Shown here piece by piece: positions 20,327 to 29,342 of a stretch of 64,000 nt of DNA. Positions within the stretch are counted from its first letter, which is position 1; every line of letters starts with the position of its first letter. The notes beneath the pieces are model-generated. The model was given only the letters and a program-made list of their open reading frames with translations, made no database searches and was not told where the DNA came from. The DNA comes from Thermodesulfobacteriota bacterium (GTDB taxonomy: Bacteria > Desulfobacterota_D > UBA1144 > Nemesobacterales > UBA2774): contig JBGSVA010000096.1 of NCBI GenBank assembly GCA_041753155.1, positions 2,036 through 66,035 of the forward strand, written 5' to 3'. The position numbers and the translations under genes are program-made.

Positions 20327-20632
20327 ATGGGACGCGAAGGATACCAAAACTTATCGAGCCTAAGTGACGTTAGAAAGTTCCTATCAAAGCTGATTAACCA
20401 GCGCAACAATAATCAGATAGCGTCGGCGAAGTACAGAGACCTGTGCTTTGGCTTGAAGATTATGAGGGAAGTCCTGGAGGCTATGTTCCTACAGTCCGAA
20501 GTCCTTGAGCGCTTGGCTCACCTTGAGGGACAGACTTATATCCCGCCCTCGTTACCGAATGGCAACGGCAATGATGATGACGACCTTGACGAGCCGGAAA
20601 CCGAAGCCGAAGGGGAACGTGAATGGGCCTGA
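20327..20632 (+). CDS. hypothetical protein (101 aa) with acidic tail
   Basis: ORF downstream of an AT-rich promoter-like region containing the palindrome TGTGTGAT/ATGACACA. The tail reads DDDDLDEPETEAEGE. Confidence 0.5.
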   Translation: MGREGYQNLSSLSDVRKFLSKLINQRNNNQIASAKYRDLCFGLKIMREVLEAMFLQSEVLERLAHLEGQTYIPPSLPNGNGNDDDDLDEPETEAEGEREWA

Positions 20633-21036
20633 AAGAAGCGTTGACTCGTATTAAGAGGCTTGAGAGAGTGTCCGGGTTAACCGACCGTGAGCAGCAAAAA
20701 CGGGATGTTATCGAGATTATAAAGTGCCGTGAGCGCGATTACCCCGAGCAGATTCAGGAAACATTATGGTCTATAGTCCAGTTAAGCCAAGCCGAGATCA
20801 GGGCAATGGGCCGGGGAGAAAAGACCATTGAAGACTTCCGGGACCGCTTCAAATGGGATTACGATAAATTCATGCAGGGCATATACCCCCCCCGTGAGAC
20901 TCAAGATACCTGGACACAAGGCCGGGAGCTTGCCATATTCTCCGCGAGCAGGGGAGAAAAGTTTCACGATTACTTTTTGACGGATGAAGATCGGATGACG
21001 TTAGGATTAGATCACCGTAAGGCGGTTATTCAATGA
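20623..21036 (+). CDS. hypothetical protein (137 aa)
   Basis: ORF overlapping the upstream gene by 10 nt and the downstream gene by 4 nt (operon packing). Confidence 0.5.
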   Translation: MGLKEALTRIKRLERVSGLTDREQQKRDVIEIIKCRERDYPEQIQETLWSIVQLSQAEIRAMGRGEKTIEDFRDRFKWDYDKFMQGIYPPRETQDTWTQGRELAIFSASRGEKFHDYFLTDEDRMTLGLDHRKAVIQ

Positions 21037-21299
21037 GTGACGAACCCGAGCAGCTTCCCATTTACCTTATGAGTCTACCGCCCACTGGCGTCATCATGAA
21101 CGATAAGGACGGCAATCCCTGCCAGGTGATTAGCTGGCCTATTCAGGGCGTAGGAATCGAGACTATCAAATCAATGTTTCTGAATGCATTCGACGCTGAA
21201 TTGAGCGATCAGAACGCGGAGATTTTAGACCAGGGCGGGAGGGTAAAGCTGGTAGGCAAGATACAAGATGTTGTGGTTAGCGACTCGCAGGAAGTTTAA
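21033..21299 (+). CDS. hypothetical protein (88 aa)
   Basis: ORF with an ATGA overlap with the upstream gene. Confidence 0.5.
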   Translation: MSDEPEQLPIYLMSLPPTGVIMNDKDGNPCQVISWPIQGVGIETIKSMFLNAFDAELSDQNAEILDQGGRVKLVGKIQDVVVSDSQEV

Positions 21300-21556
21300 T
21301 AAAAGTGGCAGATGAAACGAAATAAGCAATGCATATTTGTCTCTGAGTGGCACATGGGCGGCATAGGTGAGGCAGACCCGATAGAGAGTTTAGAGAAATT
21401 CATGACATTTACACGCCACTTTGAGAATTATTGTGTTATGCAGTAATGACGGGCACTTATGAAGATAGCTAGTTTACATATTGTACATTATCGGACATAA
21501 TTTCACCATTAAAATTTATAGGAAAGACACAAGATGTTGTGGTTAAGGAGCTAAGT

Positions 21557-21784
21557 ATGCATGTAAAGAAGATTGTCATTAAGGGCCACCGTCCGTATTA
21601 TGCGATAGCCGAGGCTTTCAGGGTAAAAGGCGACCCGAGCCCTAAAACGCGAATATTGGCTAACCTGGGGCATACCAAGGACCCTGATCGAGCGTATTCT
21701 AAGGCCGTCGCTCAATATCTCCGGGCTGCCGAGCGAGTATCGCGCCTTGAGGTAGCAATGGCCGGACTCGCGGGGAAGGCTTAA
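21557..21784 (+). CDS. small basic protein (75 aa) with a KGxxYYaiaEsFR..G....R.LanLG motif, as in the N-termini of some IS1634-type transposases
   Basis: AAGGAG lies 6 nt before the ATG at 21557 (the track starts at the GTG at 21539). HVKKIVIKGHRPYYAIAEAFRVKGDPSPKTRILANLGH. Confidence 0.45.
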   Translation: MHVKKIVIKGHRPYYAIAEAFRVKGDPSPKTRILANLGHTKDPDRAYSKAVAQYLRAAERVSRLEVAMAGLAGKA

Positions 21785-21981
21785 CAGCGTGGCTAAACGA
21801 ACGCACAGGGGCATATAAAGAGCATTCCCGAACTTATCAGGGCGGCTGCGCTAGTGGCTTACGGGATCGAGCTCAGCGATCTCTACGTCGAGCTTATAAT
21901 GATCCGGCAAATGTCATTCAGGGACGCTGTGAGGGAGGCCAGGAGCCACGATAGCGGGTACGCGGACGTGAGGGCGGTGCA

Positions 21982-22851
21982 TTGAGAAAGCGAAGGAAGG
22001 TCACCTGGGGGCTTATTCAGGAATCGTATGCAGTTCTATCCGAGCAGAATCCTATGACGCTCCGGCAGTTGTTTTACCAGCTCGTAACCCGGCACATCAT
22101 ACCGAATGAGCATAGTGCTTATCAGAGGCTATCCCGTGTCATGACGGATGCAAGGGACAGCGGCGATATTCCCTATGAATGGATAGTAGACCGCTCGAAG
22201 GTAGAGCGCGTTCCGAATGCATGGAGTGACCTAGAGGGTTATATGGATACTGTTACTAAGGCTTATAATAGAGACCGTTGGAAGGATCAGCCTTATCACA
22301 TAGAACTATGGCTCGAAAAGGACACACTCACCGGTTCGGTTGAGGGCCTATGCAGACAATACGGGATACCGCTAAGAGCTTATAGGGGCTTCAGCTCGAC
22401 TACTAAGAAGTGGGAAATGGCGGGGTTATTCAACAGCGTTAAGAAGCCCGTAGTAATATTTTATGTAGGAGATCACGACCCTAGCGGCCAGGACATTGAA
22501 AGGGACTTGCAATCATCCCTTCGTGGTTATGGGGCTTACAATTTCCAGATTATTCGCATTGCCATTTTCGGAGATGACATAGCGGAGTTTAAACTTCCGC
22601 CGTTGCGAATCAAGGACAAAGACCCCCGGAGTAGGAAGTTTAAATCCACTTATGGGACGGAGACGATTGAAGCCGACGCCCTGCCGCCTAATGAACTAAG
22701 ACAAAGATTGCAAGATCATCTCCTTAACCTGATAGACCGTGACGCCTGGGGGAAGTCGAAAGAAATAGAAAAGGTTGAAAAGCAATCAATCATAGATATA
22801 GTCGGCAGGTGGAAGGAGCTCAATACTCAAACTGATACTAGTATCAGTTAA
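21982..22851 (+). CDS. Spo11/Topo VI subunit A-like protein (5Y-CAP + Toprim only), 'Topo mini-A'-like
   Basis: MTLRQLFYQLV (candidate catalytic Tyr in a wHTH). HIELWLEKDTLTG (Toprim Glu, compare VEKdavf). VIFYVGDHDPSGQDIERDL (DxDPxG). 289 aa, TTG start. Confidence 0.6.
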   Translation: MRKRRKVTWGLIQESYAVLSEQNPMTLRQLFYQLVTRHIIPNEHSAYQRLSRVMTDARDSGDIPYEWIVDRSKVERVPNAWSDLEGYMDTVTKAYNRDRWKDQPYHIELWLEKDTLTGSVEGLCRQYGIPLRAYRGFSSTTKKWEMAGLFNSVKKPVVIFYVGDHDPSGQDIERDLQSSLRGYGAYNFQIIRIAIFGDDIAEFKLPPLRIKDKDPRSRKFKSTYGTETIEADALPPNELRQRLQDHLLNLIDRDAWGKSKEIEKVEKQSIIDIVGRWKELNTQTDTSIS

Positions 22852-22854
22852 GCG

Positions 22855-23034
22855 TTACTTCCCCTTCCCGCTGTACTTGGAAAGGATATGATCTATGCCC
22901 TCGACTAGCAGGTCATTAATGAACTTATCCTGTTGCACGGCTAGTAATTTGAGCTTCTTACTCTTATCCTGGGGAATCCGGGCGGCTATTTGAACGAGGT
23001 CTTTATCAGACTTGGGTTTCTTTTTTGGAGTCAT
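22855..23034 (-). CDS. ribbon-helix-helix (CopG/Arc-like) repressor, 59 aa
   Basis: KDLVQIAARIPQDKSKKLKLLAVQQDKFINDLLVEGIDHIL has the beta-alpha-alpha pattern. Start taken at the ATG at 23034, just outside the operator. Confidence 0.55.
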   Translation of the reverse strand: MTPKKKPKSDKDLVQIAARIPQDKSKKLKLLAVQQDKFINDLLVEGIDHILSKYSGKGK

Positions 23035-23059
23035 GTTAACACTATGCCATAAAACGATT

Positions 23060-23101
23060 ATTCTAACAAGTATTGACATATGAATGATAGTTTGTTAGAA
23101 T
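23060..23101. promoter_or_regulatory. operator/promoter: perfect 10-bp inverted repeat enclosing a sigma70-type promoter
   Basis: ATTCTAACAA-N22-TTGTTAGAAT. Inside it are TTGACA (23073-23078), a 17-nt spacer and TAGAAT (23096-23101), pointing at the gene at 23134. Confidence 0.6.
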
Positions 23102-23133
23102 GTTAACAAATCCAATTAAGGAGGGAGTAAGAA

Positions 23134-23595
23134 ATGAGCACATATTTAATAAAGGTAGAGAATGAGAATGGGAGTACCTGGGGTTACGCGGAGCGGGCTA
23201 AGACGATTGTAGATGCCTTATCGAATTATATTGACGGTAAGGACCAAGTGATCCCAACGGTTAAGAGCGTTCAATTTGCAACCGAGCATGAGACTTATCG
23301 GGATGTTATACACTTTGTCAGTTGCCGCCTCGATAATCTATTCACAGAGTTAAAGGGCTTAAACGAACGGGGGCGGGATCTAGCGGGGAATATCTCACCA
23401 CATGAAGATAGGCTCGTTGCGGCAGAGACCCAATGGGAAATTTACCATTTAGCGCAAGGTATGGAGAGCATACTCGGCCAAGTGAAGGATATGTGTCATC
23501 TGCATCATGCATTCAGTGAAGGACGTATAGACCTGACTTTAGAAGAAGATCAAGAGTACCGTCAGAGAATCGTAAAAAAAAGAGTTAACGGTTAA
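23134..23595 (+). CDS. hypothetical protein (153 aa)
   Basis: ORF with GGAGGGAG RBS, followed by a strong terminator. Confidence 0.55.
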   Translation: MSTYLIKVENENGSTWGYAERAKTIVDALSNYIDGKDQVIPTVKSVQFATEHETYRDVIHFVSCRLDNLFTELKGLNERGRDLAGNISPHEDRLVAAETQWEIYHLAQGMESILGQVKDMCHLHHAFSEGRIDLTLEEDQEYRQRIVKKRVNG

Positions 23596-23598
23596 CAA

Positions 23599-23628
23599 CC
23601 CCGGGGGGCTTCGGCCCCCCTTTTTTTT
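23599..23628 (+). terminator. rho-independent terminator
   Basis: ccccggggggc ttcg gcccccc followed by tttttttt. Confidence 0.8.
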
Positions 23629-23662
23629 GCCCCTGTCATTGGCTATTATGAATGGCAGGGAT

Positions 23663-24727
23663 ATGGGCGTCTATAAGCGTGTAGATAGATGGTATTTAGA
23701 TTACTACCTGCCGAACGGTCAAAGGGTGAGGGAAAGGGTCACGATTAAGGGTGTAGACCCTTCCCGGATAACCAAGAAGCTCGCCCTGGCCTCCTTATCG
23801 ATCAGAAAAGCCGAGCTCGCCGAAGGTAAATTCGATATTGTCCAGACTAGAAAGCAGGTCCTGTTTGATAAGGCGGTAAAGTCCTTCATTGAAGATTACT
23901 CGAAGATCCATAAGAAATCCTGGACGCGGGATGTTACATCTTCACGAGCTTTACAGAGTTATTTCGGCGGCAAGAGAATAAGCTCGATCAATACCTGGCT
24001 CGTGAATAAGTACCGCTCAAGGCGTCTTAATGAAGTGGCGAAGGCTACTATTAACCGGGAGCTCGCCTTTCTAAAGACTATGCTTAACTTCGCCGTTCAA
24101 AGGAACTGGCTATCTACTAATCCGCTCAAGGGTTATAAGCGCTTCCCCGAGCCCCCGAAAACAAGGATAGTTACTAAAGAAGAATTCAGGGCGGTCTATG
24201 GCGAAGCTTCCGACTTTTTGAAGCCCATACTTTTAATGGCCGTGAATACGGGTATGAGGCGCGGCGAGATATTCGATCTTAAGTGGAGTAATGTAAACCT
24301 GGCCGAAGGCTATCTCTTGGTCGAAGATTCAAAGAATAACGAGTCGAGGCATATCACTATCAATAAGCAGTTGAATGAGGCCCTAAAGTCGGTAAAATAC
24401 CATGCCTCCGGGGATTACGTATTCAGTCACGGAGGGAGCCGGGTAAAGACCTTTAAAACGGCCTTTAACGCTGCGATAAGGCGGGCTGGGGTTAAGCCGT
24501 TCAGGTTTCACGACCTGAGACATACCTTTGCGAGCAATCTTGTTATGAAGGGCGTCGATCTCGTGACCGTAGGGGAGTTACTAGGACACAAGAGCCTGTC
24601 AATGACAAGGCGCTATTCACACCCGAGCCCGGAACATAAAAAACAGGCGGTTGAGAAACTTGATTTCGATATTTCAGTCACAAAAACAGACAAAGATGAA
24701 ACCGAGATCAAAACGAAGCGCTCATAA
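23663..24727 (+). CDS. tyrosine site-specific integrase (element B)
   Basis: [22 protein letters not shown]... and [40 protein letters not shown]. Paralogous to the integrase at 10504. Ends 20 nt before the tRNA. Confidence 0.9.
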   Translation: MGVYKRVDRWYLDYYLPNGQRVRERVTIKGVDPSRITKKLALASLSIRKAELAEGKFDIVQTRKQVLFDKAVKSFIEDYSKIHKKSWTRDVTSSRALQSYFGGKRISSINTWLVNKYRSRRLNEVAKATINRELAFLKTMLNFAVQRNWLSTNPLKGYKRFPEPPKTRIVTKEEFRAVYGEASDFLKPILLMAVNTGMRRGEIFDLKWSNVNLAEGYLLVEDSKNNESRHITINKQLNEALKSVKYHASGDYVFSHGGSRVKTFKTAFNAAIRRAGVKPFRFHDLRHTFASNLVMKGVDLVTVGELLGHKSLSMTRRYSHPSPEHKKQAVEKLDFDISVTKTDKDETEIKTKRS

Positions 24728-24747
24728 CCTATTGTAATCATTATAAT

Positions 24748-24824
<77 letters not shown>

Positions 24825-24835
24825 ATTTTCCCTAC

Positions 24836-25021
24836 ATTGACCTTGCGAAATATTTAAAAGTGAAAAAACGTACTGCATATCACATCGTGGCCACCCTGAA
24901 TATTCCTCACTACAGGGTCGGCAGGCTGATCAGGTTCAAGCTGAGTGAGGTTGAAGATTGGATGAACAAAAATAAGGCCGAGCAGTTGATTGTGCCTTAC
25001 GATAAACTCGAAAGTGTGTAA
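24836..25021 (+). pseudogene. excisionase-type HTH gene lacking a normal start codon (abuts the tRNA)
   Basis: In-frame reading ...[47 protein letters not shown]...ESV*. The frame stays open back into the tRNA with no ATG upstream of the HTH. Confidence 0.45.
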
Positions 25022-25045
25022 TACTAACGATTAAATCCGCAGACA

Positions 25046-25070
25046 GGGGGCAATTAGCCCCCTCTTTTTT
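25046..25070 (+). terminator. rho-independent terminator
   Basis: gggggc aatta gccccc followed by tctttttt. Confidence 0.7.
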
Positions 25071-25230
25071 ACCAAAGAATACTTATATCAGCAGTTTCAA
25101 AACTTACCCATGATTTCCTAGCACTCATATGAAAATTAAAACAGAACAACTAAGGTCATTAGCACAACTCAGAAAAGCTTACCTAGACGCAGACTCTCAA
25201 AAAGAGATTAATCAAATTCTTGAATAAACA

Positions 25231-25458
25231 ATGAAAACAACACAAGAAATCCTGGCCCAAAATGGCATCAACTGGACATTGCACACTAACGAAAACAGTA
25301 ATCATGAAATAAAGGAAGATGAGATGCAACAACTAACTACAGAAGAAATAGTCAAAGCACTAGACGACTATCTGACAAAAAAGAATATAATACGGGAAAA
25401 TACACCCAAACAAATAACAGTCAAACAGGCCTCAGAACTATATAACATGCCTCTATAG
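25231..25458 (+). CDS. small ORF (75 aa) whose C-terminus looks like the start of a truncated HTH_17 domain
   Basis: ...ITVKQASELYNMPL followed by TAG. Possibly another Xis-like remnant. Confidence 0.3.
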   Translation: MKTTQEILAQNGINWTLHTNENSNHEIKEDEMQQLTTEEIVKALDDYLTKKNIIRENTPKQITVKQASELYNMPL

Positions 25459-25548
25459 AAGGGAGTATGATCCAACAATTTTTAGGGGTTGGGCTGAAAT
25501 ATTATATACTTTAAAAAAGGATCGACTTCAGCGATAAGCAAATAGATT

Positions 25549-27117
25549 ATGAACAACCGCAAAACGAATGAAACATGGAAATATCATAATATCACCAAGC
25601 ACCCTGGATTACCCCCACATTACTTAGATTGGAAGAACCAACCCATTCCTTTTAAAATATATACTAATCTAAAGGGGATTGAGATTCCAAAAGATTTACC
25701 GTATTCAAATGCATCTGCCTTAAATTCAATATCAACACTCCTTACTGATACAGAAAGTGAATACATCCCGGATCTCAGTACCCTGGGGCGTTTGATTTAT
25801 CTCTCTGCAGGTATAACAAAGAAAGTTAAGTATCCTGGAGGTGATCTTTATTTCCGTGCTGCGGCATGTACAGGGGCTCTATACCACATAGATTTGTATC
25901 TTGTAGTGGGTGACATAAAAGGGCTTGACGCGGGTGTTTATCATTTCGGACCCGATGACTTTTCATTAAGAAGACTACGTAAAGGAGATTTCAGAGGTTT
26001 ACTTATAGAGGCAACAGCTCATGAGGAAAGAATAGTAAGGGCTCCAGTCATAATTGTCTGTACGAGTACATTCTGGCGTAATGCCTGGAAATACCAATCA
26101 CGTACATACCGGCATACATTTTGGGACAACGGCACGCTTCTGGCAAATCTTCTAGCTGCAGCTTCAGCATACAGGATTCCTGCCAAGATTGTCGTGGGGT
26201 TTGTGGATTTAAAAGTAAATCAACTACTCGGTCTTGAGACCGACAAAGAAGTAGCTGTTAGTCTTGTAACAGTTGGGAATTTGAAAAAGCCTGTTTCCGG
26301 CAAAATTGGTGAACTGGAAGAAATAAAATATGAATCAATGCCACTCTCCGAAAATGAAATTGATTATCCTCGCATAAAAGCAATGCATCTAGCTTCTTCA
26401 CTCATAAATGAAGACGAGGTAAAGGAATGGAGGATTGCAACCATAGAATCTACAGAAATCGAGTCATGTGGCAAACACTTTCCCCTTGAGTTAGATGATG
26501 ATGAAGAAATAGACCAAGTCTCAAATACCATAGAGAAAACAATTCTAAAACGTGGTTCAACGCGTCAATTCGACCGTCTTTCGATTACATTCAGACAACT
26601 CTCCAACTTGTTATATAGTTCTACTCGTGGCATACCTGCAGACTTCCTTTATACTCCAGGAACAACACTGAATGATATATACCTGATTGTAAATTATGTT
26701 GAGGGAATACCTCAAGGATCCTATTTTTATAACCGGGATAATAATGTACTTGAGCTACTAGAGGAAGGTGATTTTAGAAGGAAGGCGGGACAACTAGGTC
26801 TTGGCCAGGACTTACCACGGGATTCGAGCGTGGACGTTTTCTTTCTATCAAATTTAAATAGAGTTCTGGAGAAATTTGGAAATCGCGGTTACAGAGCCGT
26901 TCAGCTCGAAGCCGGTATAATTGGAGGGAAGCTTTATCTGGGAGCCTACGGACTTGGCCTTGGAGCAAGTGGCCTTACATTTTTCGACGATGATGTAACC
27001 AGGTTTTTCTCACCACATGCTCAGAGTAAAAGTACTATGTTTCTTATTGCGCTAGGCAAATCTGTAAAAAAGAAGTCACGAAGTCAACTGACTAAAATAG
27101 TGACAGACCCAATTTAA
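25549..27117 (+). CDS. double-domain SagB/ThcOx-type nitroreductase-family protein (522 aa)
   Basis: Two nitroreductase-like halves: RAAACTGALYHIDLY...WRNAWKYQSRTYRHTFWDNG, and RGSTRQFD...GYRAVQLEAGIIGGKLYLGAYGLGLGASGLTFFDD. Confidence 0.6.
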   Translation: MNNRKTNETWKYHNITKHPGLPPHYLDWKNQPIPFKIYTNLKGIEIPKDLPYSNASALNSISTLLTDTESEYIPDLSTLGRLIYLSAGITKKVKYPGGDLYFRAAACTGALYHIDLYLVVGDIKGLDAGVYHFGPDDFSLRRLRKGDFRGLLIEATAHEERIVRAPVIIVCTSTFWRNAWKYQSRTYRHTFWDNGTLLANLLAAASAYRIPAKIVVGFVDLKVNQLLGLETDKEVAVSLVTVGNLKKPVSGKIGELEEIKYESMPLSENEIDYPRIKAMHLASSLINEDEVKEWRIATIESTEIESCGKHFPLELDDDEEIDQVSNTIEKTILKRGSTRQFDRLSITFRQLSNLLYSSTRGIPADFLYTPGTTLNDIYLIVNYVEGIPQGSYFYNRDNNVLELLEEGDFRRKAGQLGLGQDLPRDSSVDVFFLSNLNRVLEKFGNRGYRAVQLEAGIIGGKLYLGAYGLGLGASGLTFFDDDVTRFFSPHAQSKSTMFLIALGKSVKKKSRSQLTKIVTDPI

Positions 27118-27300
27118 TTATTTTCCTATTAGTTCTCCCTTCTAAAATCTCATTCCAAGTATTTAGATGTGTTGGGGAAAAAAGGGGACACAACATCATC
27201 CAAGAGGATGATGATATGATTTGTCTTCTCCGCGAAACTAGATCCTTATTAAATGAGAAAATCCTGTATGGTTGTAGCAAATAACCAGGAGGATATTTCG

Positions 27301-27490
27301 ATGAAAAGAAGCACGTTTTCAGATTAGCTAATCGCGTCTATTATGCGTCAGGAAGATGATGGTGTTCCAGTAGAGGGGTGTACAAAGATTGGGATCAGCG
27401 AGCAAACCTATAATAGATAACGAAATGAGGTTAGTAGGTTAGTCCCATCAGGGACGAAGTTTCTAGAACAACTGAAGGCTAGGATATATG
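27301..27490 (+). pseudogene. frameshifted IS3-family orfA (HTH_Tnp_1) remnant
   Basis: MKRSTFSD*, then in other frames ...GVPVEGCTKIGISEQTYNR*RNE... (compare GISEQTFYRW of IS3 OrfA). Confidence 0.55.
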
Positions 27491-27580
27491 CATCAAAAAA
27501 GCTATGCCAATCCTTCTTTAGACTGGGAAAGGCTGCGGGAGTTGTCCCTCTTTTTTACCAAAGAATACCCAAAGAATCTT

Positions 27581-27639
27581 CCATAATTATTCCTTCCTTA
27601 CAGAATCAATAAACCATATGGAATAGATGGAAATCGTTT
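27581..27639 (+). repeat. 59-bp repeat, copy 1 (copy 2 at 29486-29544); each copy precedes a tRNA 3' fragment
   Basis: ccataattatt...accatatggaatagatggaaatcgttt. The last 27 nt are identical between copies, and about 80 percent of the whole. Confidence 0.7.
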
Positions 27640-27696
27640 AATGTAGATGAGCTATAACAAGTTCAATAATCCCAAGAAGTTACAAAAATCCACTAA

Positions 27697-27744
27697 AGAG
27701 GACAGAAAATCCTCGTGTCGGCGGTCGGGTTCCGTCTCCGGGTA
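27697..27744 (+). pseudogene. degenerate tRNA-Phe(GAA)-like 3' fragment
   Basis: agaggacagaaaatcctcgtgtcggcggtcgggttccgtctccgggta, compared with the canonical tRNA-Phe ...GAAAATCCCCGTGTCCTTGGTTCGATTCCGAGTCCGGGCA. The T-loop is degenerate. Confidence 0.4.
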
Positions 27745-27790
27745 TTCTTTTTGTAGTGATTACTGACTATTACAGTTCACCCTATTTATG

Positions 27791-27921
27791 TGACCTCCCC
27801 CGGAGAACCGGACAAGTGAGTAGTAGATAAATCTGGCAAAATACTTTAGTTAACAAAGAGGTTATTTGCCATGAAGAAGTCGAAGTTAACCGAGGAACAG
27901 ATAGCATTTTATTTAAGGTAG
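27791..27921 (+). mobile_element. IS3-family (IS407/IS2-like) left end: terminal inverted repeat plus a 16-codon orfA stub
   Basis: TGACCTCCCCCGGAGAACCGG at 27791 resembles the IS407-group IRL. MKKSKLTEEQIAFYLR* at 27871-27921. Confidence 0.5.
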
Positions 27922-28310
27922 GTTACAACTGAGTCTGTAAGAACACAGGAAACGAGATAGTTAAATAAGTCTTGTGAGAGCCTATTTCTAAAATGAGGAG
28001 ATAATTATTAGTCCGGATTGAAGAGTCCCGCTACAGGCTAGTATAGGCTTCTGAGACTTAACATACTTTGATATGGTCGGTGGTATGAAATGTATAATAA
28101 ATATTCAGATGATATATAAATAATATACACGTCTATAACAATTGGCCACAAACACGAGCTGTATTGAAGCTTAACATCCATAAAGCATTCAATATTATTT
28201 TATGGTACACAGTTTGCAGCTATAGCAGTGCAATTAACTCTAACAGGGGGTTAAAAAAATGAAGTTTAAGGTTATCGTTCTGATTCCGGGACTCGCGCGC
28301 GGAGATTTAG

Positions 28311-28820
28311 ATGAGCGATAATATCAAGAAGATAATTAATGCCAACTCGCAATATGCGGAGAATTTCGGTGAAAAAACTAAGCTCAGCATGCCACCCTCA
28401 AGAAGGCTTGCTATTTTAACGTGTATGGACGCGCGCTTGGACCCCGCAAAGTTTGCGGGTCTTCAGGAGGGCGACGCACATGTAATAAGAAACGCAGGGG
28501 GAAGAGCAAGTGACGATGCCATAAGATCGCTCATCATATCGAGTCAAATTTTGGGAACAAACGAGTGGCTCGTTATCCATCATTCGGATTGCGGTATGGA
28601 AACTTTTACGAATGAAAAATTTTCTAAAGATCTCGAGAACACCTTTGAGTCCAAAGAGGGTTATTCTATTAACTGGCTTACCATATCCGACAGAGTCGAA
28701 AGTGTGAAGGAAGATGTGAAGCAGATAAGGAATCATCCTCTGGTCTCCAGTGATGTAAGAATTTCGGGCTATATTTTCGACGTTAAGAATGGGAAGCTCA
28801 CAGAGGTTGTCAAAGGTTAA
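28311..28820 (+). CDS. beta-class carbonic anhydrase
   Basis: [13 protein letters not shown]...[10 protein letters not shown]...VIHHSDCGM (Cys-Asp-Arg / His-x-x-Cys zinc site). Confidence 0.8.
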   Translation: MSDNIKKIINANSQYAENFGEKTKLSMPPSRRLAILTCMDARLDPAKFAGLQEGDAHVIRNAGGRASDDAIRSLIISSQILGTNEWLVIHHSDCGMETFTNEKFSKDLENTFESKEGYSINWLTISDRVESVKEDVKQIRNHPLVSSDVRISGYIFDVKNGKLTEVVKG

Positions 28821-28859
28821 ATATAGTGCGCCGAACGGAATGTTATTGCCGATCAGATA

Positions 28860-29342
28860 CAGGTTTGAATTGAATGGAATCTTAGGACTGGCACCTGGTA
28901 TGCTGGATGAGGGTGTGAGGGAGGTGCTGGATATAGTAATTGATACTTCATTGCCGGCATTGCCGGCGGCAAGGCCGGTGCCAGTAATGGATCAGCTCAA
29001 GGAGTGATAAGGTCTGCCGGGCGATTCGCTGTGATAACGGCCCGGAGCTGACTTCTCAGAGTTTAATTGACTGGTTCCGGGATCACAGCATCGAGATTTT
29101 CTATATCCAGCCGGGTAAGCCGGTGCAGAATGCTTATATTAAACGTTTCAACAGAACATTTCGTGAGTAGGTATTAGATGCTTACTTATTCGATGACCTT
29201 GAGCAGGCACGGAACATAGCAAATGACTGGCTCAGGGCTTATAATGAACAGCGTCCCCATGAGTCTCTTGGCGGGCTGCCGCCAAGCCTCTTCAGGGAAA
29301 AAGTAACTGCTAAAAATTCTACTTTAGAACTGTCTACTTAAA
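28860..29342 (+). pseudogene. IS3-family orfB (DDE/rve) 3' remnant with frameshift and stop
   Basis: ...VLDIVIDTSLPALPAARPVPVMDQL..., then IRCDNGPELTSQSLIDWFRDHSIEIFYIQPGKPVQNAYIKRFNRTFRE*VLDAYLFDDLEQARNIANDWLRAYNEQRPHESLGGLPP. Confidence 0.7.

Larger units (their letters stand above)
11681..24747 (+). mobile_element. integrative element B (about 13.1 kb), bounded by the tRNA 5' copy and the intact tRNA-Arg
   Basis: Bounded by 11639-11680 and 24748. Own Rep, integrase, RHH repressor and Xis-like HTH. Composition is intermediate between the flanks. Confidence 0.7.

Noticed and set aside
14700-21300. Reading element B as an ordinary tailed prophage because of the tape-measure-like gene.
   Set aside because: The element is only 13 kb between its att copies. 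I could not recognise a terminase, portal, major capsid, tail tube or chaperone frameshift. I kept it as an open question rather than a prophage call.
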